This document shows positions 25,993-36,639 of a DNA stretch of 64,000 nt, in pieces. Source of the stretch: Leucoraja erinacea (Eukaryota). Location: positions 23,312,001 to 23,376,000 of the forward strand of contig NC_073380.1 in NCBI RefSeq assembly GCF_028641065.1, given 5' to 3'. Under the pieces are notes generated by a model, which made no database searches, had not been told where the DNA came from, and worked only from the letters and a program-made list of their open reading frames with translations. Position 1 is the first letter of the stretch; the number at the start of each line of letters is the position of its first letter. Both the position numbers and the translations under genes were made by a program.

Positions 25993-26904
25993 TGCCCCTG
26001 TCCCACTTAGGAAACCTGAATGGAAACCTCTGGTGACGTTGCCCGTGACTTAAGGTTTCCATCAGGTTGAGCGTGAGCTGCATCTACCGACCAAAGATCC
26101 TATAAGGATCTTTGCTACCGACCGCACACACACACACATCACGCAGGTGGGGGCCATGGAGAGCAGAGGAGCGCTGTCTGCGTGATAAAGAGGAAAGTAA
26201 ACGGCTGCCACAGAGCACGGTAAGTCCTTTAGAGAGCGTGGGGGGGGGGGGGGGGGGGGGAGAAGGGAGGGAGAAGGGGAGAGAGAGAAGTGGAGAGAAG
26301 GGAAGAGAGAAGGGGAGAGAAGGAGGGAGAAGGGGAGAGAGAAGTGGAGAGAAGGGAAGAGAGAAGGGGAGAGAAGGAGGGAGAAGGGGAGAGAGAGAGA
26401 GAGGAGAGAGAAGGGGAGAGAAGTGGAGAGAAGGGGAGAGAGAAGGGGGGGAGAAGGGGGGAGAAGTGGGGAGGAGAAAGAGAAGTAGGGAGAAGGGGAG
26501 GAGAAGGGCGGGGGAGAAGGGGGGGGGAGAAGGAGTGGAGACAGTTTTAAGATGTTTAATAAAGTTAGTGGGCATTTTACCTACCGGTGGGTTTTCTAGG
26601 TCTTTAAAACTCCAATGAGCAATCAAAATGGCCAGTCAGCGAAGGAGATGGCCTTCGACTGCCTGTAAGTAAATAGTGACCCCACTCCACTGGCTTCGAC
26701 CAAATGGCAACCTATTTTTAGTCGAGGCCAGTTTTGATTTTGTTGAAACAATCGAAGCAACATAGATGAAGGCTCGACCATGCGGAAGCCACCTTCGACC
26801 ATTAGGGAGAGTGACCAAAATCTCAGGCGAACTCATGGAAACTTTGGGTCGCGTGCAAGGTCACCAGAGGTTTCCGTTCAGGTTTCCTAAGTGGGACAGG
26901 GGCA
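25993..26904. mobile_element. PIF/Harbinger-type MITE
   Basis: 50-bp TIRs starting TGCCCCTGTCCCACTTAGGAAACC (2 mismatches); TAA/CTA flanks; internal GA-rich tandem repeat at 26240-26535; core shared with the MITE at 14780. Confidence 0.88.
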
Positions 26905-27287
26905 CTATCCATTGATTTCCTCAACCTTTTGTGTTTTGTCCATGTAAAAATCTAAGTACCTTCACTTCAATCTCATTGTTGCTGTTAATAGCTTATTAAG
27001 ACCAATTTACCTGTCCCCTTTCTATTTAATTCCAGAATAATTCTCCAATTCTTTACGATTAGATTGTGTTATCCTGCACTGACCTAATCCAGAAGTGATA
27101 ACTAGGCAAGGTAAAATACATCGCTACATTATTTTAGGTAATTTATAAAATGGTAAATATTAATTGCAGGACGGCTTTGTTCTTGACTCAAAAAGAACAT
27201 CCGTATAGTAACAACATCTAAATTGTTTACAGAAACTTCCCAACAATGAGAATATAATTGTTATCACTTACATTATTATCACTGACA

Positions 27288-27612
27288 TGGCAGTACAGTG
27301 GCGCGGAATAGAGTTGCTGCCTCATAGCGCCAGAGATTCAGGTTCAATCCTAACATTTTGGGTTGCAGCCTATGTGGAGTTTGTACCTACTCCCTGTGAC
27401 CCCTTGGGTTTTCTCCGGGTGCTCCGGTTTTTCCCACATTTCAACGATGTGCAGGTTTGTAGGTTATTTGGTTTCTGTAAATTGCCCCTAGAGTGTAGGA
27501 AGTGAAAGTGGGATAACATAGAACTAGCGTATTAGGTGATTGATGGTTGGCATGAACGTGGTGACCTAATGGGCCTGTTTTTTACACTGCATCTCTAACA
27601 TAAACATAAAAC
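27288..27612 (+). mobile_element. V-SINE (HE1-like, tRNA-derived)
   Basis: tRNA-like head with GGTTCAATCC B-box, V-domain GTGGAGTTTG...CTCCCTGTGACC...GGGTTTTCTCCGGGTGCTCCGGTTT, CR1-like tail ending in TAAACA repeats. Confidence 0.85.
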
Positions 27613-27809
27613 CATTAGGCTTTAATTATTGTATCAATGTACTTCTGATCCAGAAGCAGTGCTATAAAGGTGTTCTGGAGCACCTATTGTTACAGTGTAG
27701 GGAATTCCATATTCAGAACTAGGTCAATAATGATTAAACCTGCAAGAAAAAATGAATGTAAACGCTTCAAATCACTCTGATCTATTAAAATTGAATGTCA
27801 GAAGATTTG

Positions 27810-28295
27810 TGTAAAGATGAGTCAAAACACACTATGTCTTCACTACTGTTTTATTACTATTAACAATACTCAGATACATTACTGCCCTAGCTGTCCGTGG
27901 TCTGTCACCGGAGCTAGAGAGCGATCTAGAGGTGGGGAGGTTACAATTATACTGGTGATATGGGGAGTGGTTAGTAGTGGTGAGGTCACTATGTTAAAGG
28001 AACATGCACTAGTCTACATCCTTTCCCTTAGAAACAAAGCAGGACAGCAGTGACAGGGCGACCACGACTCATACGCTACAAGCAGTTAACCGCACACACA
28101 GGCAGGCAACAGTTAAACAAATTCCCCGTAACGTACGGGCGCTTGACCAACCGCCCGGAGCGAGTGCGCAACTCACCCTCCCCCTCCTCCGTAGGAACAA
28201 CAGGAACAGGAGTAGGAGCAGGAGCGGGAGCGGGAGTGGGAGAATGGGCCGGAGACCGGGGTTGAGAGGAAAGGAGTTGAGCCCGGGGAGGGGAA
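27810..28295 (-). mobile_element. Gypsy 3' remnant: integrase tail, PPT and 3' LTR (LTR 27810-28018)
   Basis: Minus strand encodes a Pro-rich tail ending LRTRSGRLVKRP, then PPT TAAGGGAAAGGA and an LTR TGTA...TACA with AATAAA. Confidence 0.75.
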
Positions 28296-29659
28296 ATTGA
28301 AGCAGTAATTATTGCATAGTCACTGTATTTATTCTTCTTCCAGACATAATGATTTACGTCAAAGCAGCAATTGGTAAAATTATTGATGGTCATTGTGAAT
28401 GGAAGAATAATGTTCCACAGACTTATAAATTCTTCTAAATTCCGTGCACTGCATCCCAAACTCTCACTTTGTTACATTGCTGTTTTCCAGGAACAGGCAC
28501 ATTTGTGTTCACATGCCAGTCGCTTTACATGCACGACATTTGCCCAGATTAACAGCTCAAATGGAAGAGATGACTGATTCATCTTAAGCAAGTATGACAA
28601 TCACACATGACCATGACCCATACCAATACCTCCTGTACTTTAAAAGTTACTATTTTATTTAAAATTTTAATCAGTAAGATCTAGGCTTGAACCTCAGGTT
28701 CACATTATATTACAGCATTTACTCATTGAGCTGAAAGCCTTGTCCAAGCCATTAATAATATTTTGAAACACATTGTTACACAGTACAAGGACAATGTGAA
28801 TTGTAATTTTCGTTTTTGGAAGTATCTTCACATACAATTATGGGCCTACTTTGAGTGTGACACTCCAAGCTTTTGTTCATGATAAGACATGAAAAGCCTG
28901 AAGCTCTTTGACAGTACGCAGTGGATTCAGCAATGTCAGACCTGTCGACCTGACTACCAAACCATTCAGTTCATGTCCTCAATCAGTTGACATTACACTG
29001 ACTATTCCTCGGTAGCTTTGGGGCAGCAAGTTTTGAATTTTCATTGAATGCATTGAATATCACTCTGACTAGTCACTGAATAATTTCAAATTGAATGAAA
29101 AAACATCACTTTCATGTATTCTTTATTTGAATATTACAACTGAATGAAGATGGCATTATGTGCATCAAGCCAACTAAAAAAAATACATTTATGACCTTGC
29201 AGAGGTGCACATCTGTTCAAACCACCTATGCCATATCAGAATATTGTCACTTTAGGTATAATTGGTTGAGGTAAAATGACAAGACCGTGACTATTATTTT
29301 TATGTAAATTGAATACAGTATGCAAGATTTTATTTTCAATTTAGATATGATTTACACATGATGGGGAATAAATTGGTGACAATATTAGTATATAATATAA
29401 TAATATTAATACCAAAACCACAATGTAAATTTCAACAATGTTGTTAACAGGTTCCAGCTATGTCATTGACAACAGTGCTACAGCTGAGCCAGAGTGGGCC
29501 CAGTTTTTGCACTCTCTCAGTACTGACCTGAAATACCAAAGAAGTATATGTGCTTTATTTTGATGATTAGCACCTGAGGGGGGGCACAGTTTTAGTTAAG
29601 ATCCTCAGTAGGTAGGTGAAGGTAATCAGAGTTCTACAAAAGTATAATCAATGACTGTG

Positions 29660-30215
29660 TGTTCAGTTCTGTGTGTTGTGTTCAGTTGTGGGCACCATGT
29701 TATAGAAAAGATGTTGTCAAGCTCGAAAGGGTACAGAGAAGATTCACAAGGATGTTGCCAGGGCTAGAAGGTCTGAGCTAATAGAAAAGGTTGAGTAGGC
29801 TGATACTCTATTCCTTGGAGTGCAGGGGGATGAGGGGTGATCTTATAGAGCTGTATAAAGTCATGAATGGAAAAGATCGATTAGATGCACAGTCTCTTGC
29901 CTAGAGTAGGTGAATCAAGGATCATGTTTAAGATGAAGGGGCCAAGATTTAATAGGAATCTGACGGGTAACTGTTTCACACAAAGAGTGATGGGTGTATG
30001 GAACAACCTGCCAGAGGAGGTAGTTGGGGCAGGGATTATCCCAACATTTAAGAAGCAGTTAGACAGGTACATGGATAGGACAGGGTTGGAGGGCTATGGA
30101 CAAAACACGGGCAATGGAGACTAGTGTAGCTGGGACATGCTGGCCGGTGTGGGCAAATTGGGCGAAGGGCCTGTTTCCACACTGTATCACCCTATGACTC
30201 TATGACACTATGATT
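29660..30215 (+). mobile_element. CR1 3' portion
   Basis: KLERVQRRFTRMLPGL, FTQRVMGVWNNLPEEVV and a (CTATGA)n-type tail. Confidence 0.88.
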
Positions 30216-30842
30216 CTTTGCATCATTATCATTGGAAAGAAGCTGGTCGATGTTGAAGGAGAAGGCCTATGATAGCATGTACTAAATGTAGCTTATTTTA
30301 GATCTGCTGTGACTTGTTGAGGAGACTTTAACAGCAATGACACACCTGCTGTCAGAGATAAAAGCCAGTTGTCTCCTAAAGAGATGGACTTCATCGACTA
30401 GAAGCTATTGCCGCCACCACTCCTCAACTTCATACAGCTCCACAGGAATGCTGGATAAGTTCCTTCTTATTGTTCATGGAGAAATCTGAAATAAAGCAGA
30501 TGATTAGAACATTTATGTCAAATAAAGCATGAAAAAAGATCAAAATAGACGGTAAAAAATGGGGAGTTCCAAAATATACAAATAAACCAAATCTGATACA
30601 TTGATTCAGCTGACAGCAACCACAAATGACATTATGTTACACTCCTGTAAAGTTCCTGCATCACTCTGAACTGGTATCATAATTTCTCTGAAGAAGGTCT
30701 GAAGAAGGTACCTGACCCAAAACGTCACCTACCATGTTCTCTAGTCCGGATCCAAAACTTTTTTTTGCTCATAATTCCACATGATATTCTCAAAGAATAC
30801 CTATGATGCACTTTACACTCAATTAAAATTATTATTCAGCTC

Positions 30843-30975
30843 AACTGTCTCGATTTAATTACTTTTTTGAAGAGGAGACCAAGAAAATTGATGAAGGCAG
30901 ACATGTCCACATGGATTTTAGCAAGGCCTTTAACATGTCCCACGCATTGGGCTGGTTAAGAATCTTTAGATCATA
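30843..30975 (+). mobile_element. Old CR1 RT fragment hosting a Helitron (resumes 33484-33530)
   Basis: FFEEETKKIDEG..VHMDFSKAF coding remnant; continues after the Helitron as GAGCTAG..TACAAAATTGGCTTGA..AGGAGTCAGAGG. Confidence 0.75.
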
Positions 30976-31164
30976 CTGACTAAGTGGGACCCGTTGTGAC
31001 CCAGCTTCACATGGGAGGGTTGGTCTCCCAATGCAACATTCCACCTCTCCACCAATTCCAATATTGCTGGCCAGTGGGGTGGGGGGCTTTCTGCTGTTGT
31101 GGGACGAGGGACTGGTTTCCAGAGGGCTAGTATGGACATTGTGGGACAAATAGATTCTTGGGCT

Positions 31165-31310
31165 NNNNNNNNNNNNNNNNNNNNNNNNNNNNNNNNNNNN
31201 NNNNNNNNNNNNNNNNNNNNNNNNNNNNNNNNNNNNNNNNNNNNNNNNNNNNNNNNNNNNNNNNNNNNNNNNNNNNNNNNNNNNNNNNNNNNNNNNNNNN
31301 NNNNNNNNNN
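31165..31310. other. Assembly gap
   Basis: Run of N next to a CA-rich microsatellite. Confidence 1.
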
Positions 31311-31377
31311 CACTCACAAACACATACACTCACAAACACATACACACACACTCACTAACACACACACCATATATATA

Positions 31378-32816
31378 TAACCATATAACCATATAACCAT
31401 ATAACAATTACAGCACGGAAACAGGCCATCTCGAACCTTCTAGTCCGTGCTGAACACATAATCTCCTCTAGTCCCATATACCTGCGCTCAGACCATAACC
31501 CTCCATTCCCTTCCCATCCATATAACTATCCAATTTATTTTTTTAATGATAAAAATGAACCTGCCTCCACCACCTTCACTGGAAGCTCATTCCACACAGC
31601 TACCACTCTCTGAGTAAAGACGTTCCCCCTCATGTTACCCCTAAACTTCAGTCCCTTAATTCTCATGTCGTGTCCCCTTGTTTGAATCTTCCCTACTCTC
31701 AGTGGGAAAAGCTTTTCCACGTCAACTCTGTCTATCCCTCTCATCATTTTAAAAAACCTCTATCAAGTCCCCCCTTAACCTTCTGCGATCCAAAGAATAA
31801 AGCCCTAACTTGTTCAACCTTTCTCTGTAACTTAGTTGCTGAAACCCAGGCAACATTCTAGTAAATCTCCTCTGTACTCTCTCTATTTTGTTGACATCCT
31901 TCCTATAATTAGGCGACCAAAATTGTACACCATACTCCAGAATTGGCCTCATCAATGCCTTGTACAATTTTAACATTACATCCCAACTTCTATACTCAAT
32001 GCTCTGATGTATAAAGGCCAGCACACCAAAAGCTTTCTTTACCACCCTATCTACATGAGATTCCACTTTCAGGGAACTGTGCACAGTTATTCCCAGATCC
32101 CTCTGTTCACCTACATTCTTCAATTCCCTACCATTTACCATGTACGTCCTATTTTGATTTGTCCTGCCAAGATGTAGCACCTCACACTTATCAGCATTAA
32201 ACTCCATCTGCCATCTTTCAGCCCACTCTTCCAACTGGCATAAATCTCTCTGTAGACTTTGAAACTCTACTTCATTACCCGCAACCCCACCTATCTTAGT
32301 ATCATCTGCATACTTACTAATCCAATTTACCACACCATCATCCAGATCATTGATGTACATGACAAACAACAGTGGACCCAACACAGATCCCTGTGGCACC
32401 CCACTCGTCACTGGCCTCCAACCTGACAAACAACCATCCACCATTACTCTCTGGCATCTCCCATTCAGCCACTGTTGAATCCATCTTGCTACTCCACCAT
32501 TAATACCCAACCATTGAACCTTCTTAACCAACCTTCCATGAGGAACCTTGTCAAAGGCCTTACTGAAGTCCATATACACAACATCCACTGCGTTACCCTC
32601 ATCAATTTCCCGTGTAACATCTTCAAAAAACTCAAGAAGATTAGTTAAACAAGACCTTCCAGGCACAAATCCATGTTGACTGTTCCTAATCAGACCCTGT
32701 TTATCCAGATGCTTATATATATTATCTCTAAGTATTCTTTCCATTAATTTGCCCACCACTGACGTCAAACTAACAGGTCTATAATTGCTAGGTTTACTCT
32801 TAGACCCCTTTTTAAA
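31378..32816 (-). mobile_element. Young 5'-truncated CR1 LINE
   Basis: (ATGGTTAT)n tail at 31378-31405 and an uninterrupted RT region. Confidence 0.93.
31749..32816 (-). CDS. CR1 ORF2 reverse transcriptase domain (5'-truncated, frameshift near 31750)
   Basis: NYRPVSLTS, QHGFVPGRSC, YMDFSKAFD, GVPQGSVLGP, KYADD, LEYGVQFWSP. Confidence 0.85.
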   Translation of the reverse strand, partial: FKKGSKSKPSNYRPVSLTSVVGKLMERILRDNIYKHLDKQGLIRNSQHGFVPGRSCLTNLLEFFEDVTREIDEGNAVDVVYMDFSKAFDKVPHGRLVKKVQWLGINGGVARWIQQWLNGRCQRVMVDGCLSGWRPVTSGVPQGSVLGPLLFVMYINDLDDGVVNWISKYADDTKIGGVAGNEVEFQSLQRDLCQLEEWAERWQMEFNADKCEVLHLGRTNQNRTYMVNGRELKNVGEQRDLGITVHSSLKVESHVDRVVKKAFGVLAFIHQSIEYRSWDVMLKLYKALMRPILEYGVQFWSPNYRKDVNKIERVQRRFTRMLPGFQQLSYRERLNKLGLYSLDRRRLRGDLIEVF

Positions 32817-34529
32817 CTTAAAATTAATATATGGCAGTAAACTTCTTGAATACTCGCACGGCTGAACGCGGCCTTTCCACTTTGGACCTTGCACAGTTAG
32901 CGGCACTTCCGCAATCGGCGTGACCGTGACTGCACTCACCAATAATTACGCAATCAGCGCCACCTCTGCACTCACCAGAAATTCCACAATCAGCGCAACC
33001 TGTCCACGAAGCGGAAGTCACGAAATGAGCGGGACATTTGAACTAAACACAGTCGGACCTCACAGGCAGGTCAGCAGGCCAAACAAGTCATGGCATTGTC
33101 ATTAAGGGCTAACAAATCATGTATTGTACATTGCAGACTCACAGTTCAGTTGATTCACAGCTTAGAATGAGAGTTGTGGCCTCTCAATCGAGATCTTGCA
33201 GAGTGACTGAGTCATGTCTAGGCATCCAGGGTTTTATAGTCCTGCCCCACCTCCCGGAAGGGACGTTACCTTCATCATGGTATTGCCATGCCAGAGGATC
33301 TCAAGTTTTTTTAAACACACATAACTTTTTTATTTTTAATCGATGGGAAAAATCCTCAGAGCCTGCTCAGCGGAGGAGGACTGTGAGTAAGATGGCCAAA
33401 ACTCATAGTGCTATATGGTAGCATTTTTTCTAAAATCAATATCAGATAGGAAGTGGTCAAGATGACACTTTTAATTATATAGATAGTGTGAGCTAGGGTA
33501 CAAAATTGGCTTGATGATAGGAGTCAGAGGATCATAGTGAAGAGTTGTCAGATGAGAGATCAGTGATCCCCCACCACCATCAGTGCTGGGTCCACTAGGG
33601 GGGGGTAGGTGAGCAGGTGAACTGCAGCTGCAAACAACCCCACTCTCCTGCTCACCTAACCCACCCATCCCCCTCCCCCCCCCCCCCCCCCACCTTTCAT
33701 GCCCAACTCCAGTCCCGTCCCGACCCCCTGGGAAACTGAAGGGAGCGACTGCCCCGGTGCGACTGTCACTGACCTGCTGGCATCGTCGACGTGAAGACAG
33801 TGCAAAGCCCCCACGCCGGTGCAATGGGCGGGGAGCTGGAGAGGGGAGGGAAGGGGTCACACACATGGTCGAGAAGCAGAGGGGTGTAGGTGGGGGTGGT
33901 GACAGACAGGGCCAACAATGAGTGGAGAAAGACAGAAACACCAACGTGCAAAGGAGACCTACAACAGTGCATGATCTCTCTCGCGTAATGGCAGGTGATT
34001 GTCGCCTGCCCGCTGTTTTTGATGCTAAAGCCTTGGGATCGTTGCCCTTCATGTTGGCGTGGAGGGGGAGGGGGGTATTGTGCTGTTTGTTCGCCCCCTA
34101 CTATCCCAGGGACAGGGAGACACAGCGGCTTTTGAGACTGGTGGGCTATCACTTCCAAAGTTCTGCCCACACAGTCAGTACACCTCTCCTACACTTGTCT
34201 CCCGCACTAAGATCACACCGCAGAGAATGATCCCAGCCTAACCCAAGAGCCATGTCACCCCAGACAGATTAATGACGCCCCCCCCCCCCCCTCCAACCTC
34301 TCTCCACCTCAACTCACGCCTGGGCACCGAAGCAACTCAGGAGGCGAACCCTGAGCTCCGTCTCACAACAATCTGGTGTGCACATCCGTCCACATGCAAA
34401 GATTTAATCTCCCGTCTCCCCGCAGTGTGTAGACATGGCAGTGAATTCAATTAAAACATATCAAACCTGTGTGTTTCAAACAAATCATAAGTATAACTGC
34501 TCTGGCACTGGATGATGCGCATTTTCCCT

Positions 34530-34795
34530 TTAGAAACATATAAAATAGGTGCAGGAGTAGGCCATTCGGCCCTTCGAGCCTGCACCGCCATTCAATATGA
34601 TCATGGCTGATCATCCAACTCAGTATCCCGTACCTGCCTTCTCTCCATACCCCCTGACCCCCTTAGCCACAAGGGCCACATCTAACTCCCTCTTAAATAT
34701 AGCCAATGAACTGGCCTCAACTACCCTCTGTGGCAGGAGTTCCAGAGATTCACCACTCTCTGTGTGAGAAAAGTTCTTCTCATCTCGGTTTTAAG
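34530..34795 (-). mobile_element. CR1 3' end
   Basis: TAGAAACATA tail and GTAGGCCATTCGGCCC motif; same subfamily as the short piece at ~16068-16150. Confidence 0.85.
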
Positions 34796-35139
34796 GTGAC
34801 CTTTGTAGGTCACAGCAATAGATGCGGCCGCGCTGAATTATATCTTTAAAACAAAGCCACAGAATGGAGAGGTCTTCTTTAATGCTGTTGCTTATTAAAA
34901 CAAACCTTCAACCAGGATTGGCTCAAGAGTAACTCGGGAGCCGAACTCGGAACATCGCAGAAATGACAAGTAAACGGCAAACTTGTCATACCCGTGGGAA
35001 CTCGGTTAAACTCTTGATCATACACTTGCAATCTCATACACAACCATGAGTCTTTCACTCGGGGTACCTCTTGTCTCAAATCGCAATGTGAGAACCAACC
35101 TTAAGTTAAACCAGAGCAGGACTCGTATAGTAAATGGCA

Positions 35140-35490
35140 TGTCCCTGGAGAGTGTTGCAGTACAGAGTGATTTAGGGGTACAAATACATAGATAGACTGT
35201 AGGTAGACAGGGTGGTGAAGAAAGCATTTGGCACACTTGCCTTCATCTGTCGGGGCATGATGAAGAAAAGGTGAGATGTCATGTCGCAACTGTACAATTC
35301 ATTGTTGAGACTATCTTTGGAGTATTGGTTGCCTAGCTACAGAAAAGTTGTCATTATGCTGAAAAGGAAACAGAAAAGATTCACAGGGTGTGTCCGGGAC
35401 TGGAAAGCATGAACTATAAAGAGAGACTGGCTGACATTACAGAGGTATGTGAAATCATGACCGGCAGAGATGAGGTCTGATGGGCATAGA
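35140..35490 (+). mobile_element. Degenerate CR1 fragment
   Basis: QSDLGVQIH and VDRVVKKAFGTLAFI remnants. Confidence 0.7.
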
Positions 35491-35949
35491 TAAGATAACC
35501 TGATGAACTACAGCATCATATGTATGAGGGATTGTTCCATTAAAACTGTTTATTGTGAGAATATTTAGGCTGTAGTTTTATTAGCACAGTACCTATACGA
35601 TAGATTGCAATTATACCAATGGAAACAATATGTATAAAGAAATGACTGGACCAGAACATATTTATGAATTCCAATTGTTCTTTTATACTAGTCTTAAGAA
35701 AGTTGTTTGCAAGACTATTTACAATCCAATATATGATTGTTGGGATAACAGGGGACCAGTATTGTTTCTTAATAAATAAGTCGTTTCTTACAAATCAAAT
35801 TGCACTTTTTGAGGGATTTACAAAGTTGGTACATGAAGTGTATCCGTGAATGTGAATACAGTTGAATCCGTGAATGTGAATGCAACGTGAATGGAAATAA
35901 CGCAAAGGTAATGGACAATAATGGAGCCGTATTGTAAAGGCTCAGCATT

Positions 35950-36627
35950 GATGCAATAGATGAGGTTGGAGGAGGTGCAGGTGAACCTCTGTCGTACCTG
36001 GAACGACTGCTTGGGTCCTTGAATGGAGTCGAGGGGGGAGGTAAAGCGACAAGTGTAGCATCTCTTGTGGTTGGAAGATATCGACAGAGGTTCACCTGCA
36101 CCTCCTCCAAACTCATCTATTGCATCTGCTGCTCTAGATGTCAGCTGATCTATATCGGTGAGACAAAGCGTAGGCTTGGTGATCGTTTCGCCGAACACCT
36201 CCGCTCGGTCCATATTAACCAACCTGACCACCTGGTGGCTCAGCACTTCAACTCCCCCTCCCATTCCGTATCCGACCTCTCTGTCCTGGGCCTCCTCCAC
36301 TGCCAGAGTGAGCAACACCGGAAATTGGAGGAACAGCACCTCATATTCCGCTTGGGGAGTCTGCATCCTGCTGGCATGAACATTGAATTCTCACAATTCT
36401 GTTAGCCCTTGCTGTCTCCTCCCTTTCCGACCTCCCTCAGCCCTTGGGCTCCTTCTCCTCCTTATTCCTTTCTTCACCCCACCTCCCCCCACCCCCCATC
36501 AGTCTGAAGGAGGGTTTTGGCCCAAAACGTTGCATATTTCCTTTGCTCCATATATGCTGCTGCACCCGCTGAGTTTCTCCAGCATTTTTGTGTACCTTCG
36601 ATTTTCCAGCATCTGCAGTTCCTTCTA
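35950..36627 (+). mobile_element. Penelope-like 3' fragment with inverted 5' segment
   Basis: GIY-YIG ORF 36082-36405 (QRFTCTSSKLIYCICCSRCQLIYIGET...FSQFC); 35950-36066 is antisense Penelope sequence; pLTR at ~36498-36627. Confidence 0.9.
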
Positions 36628-36639
36628 AAATGCTGGTTT

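Larger units (their letters stand above)
30976..33483 (-). mobile_element. Non-autonomous Helitron with a nested CR1 and an assembly gap
   Basis: Minus-strand 5' end A|TCTATATAATTAAAAG at 33483; 3' end with imperfect hairpin GGTCACAACGGGTCCC-ACTTAGTCAG|T at 30976; inserted between A and T without TSD. Confidence 0.8.

Noticed and set aside
26084-26626. 168-180 aa ORFs on both strands
   Set aside because: They come from the GA-rich tandem repeat inside a MITE.
28076-28459. Proline-rich ORF as a host exon
   Set aside because: It ends in the RTRSGR..KRP motif directly before a PPT and LTR, typical of a Gypsy integrase tail.
33471-34454. Cluster of 100-190 aa ORFs in a GC-rich stretch
   Set aside because: Low-complexity translations with no domain motifs; likely an unclassified repeat that I could not assign.
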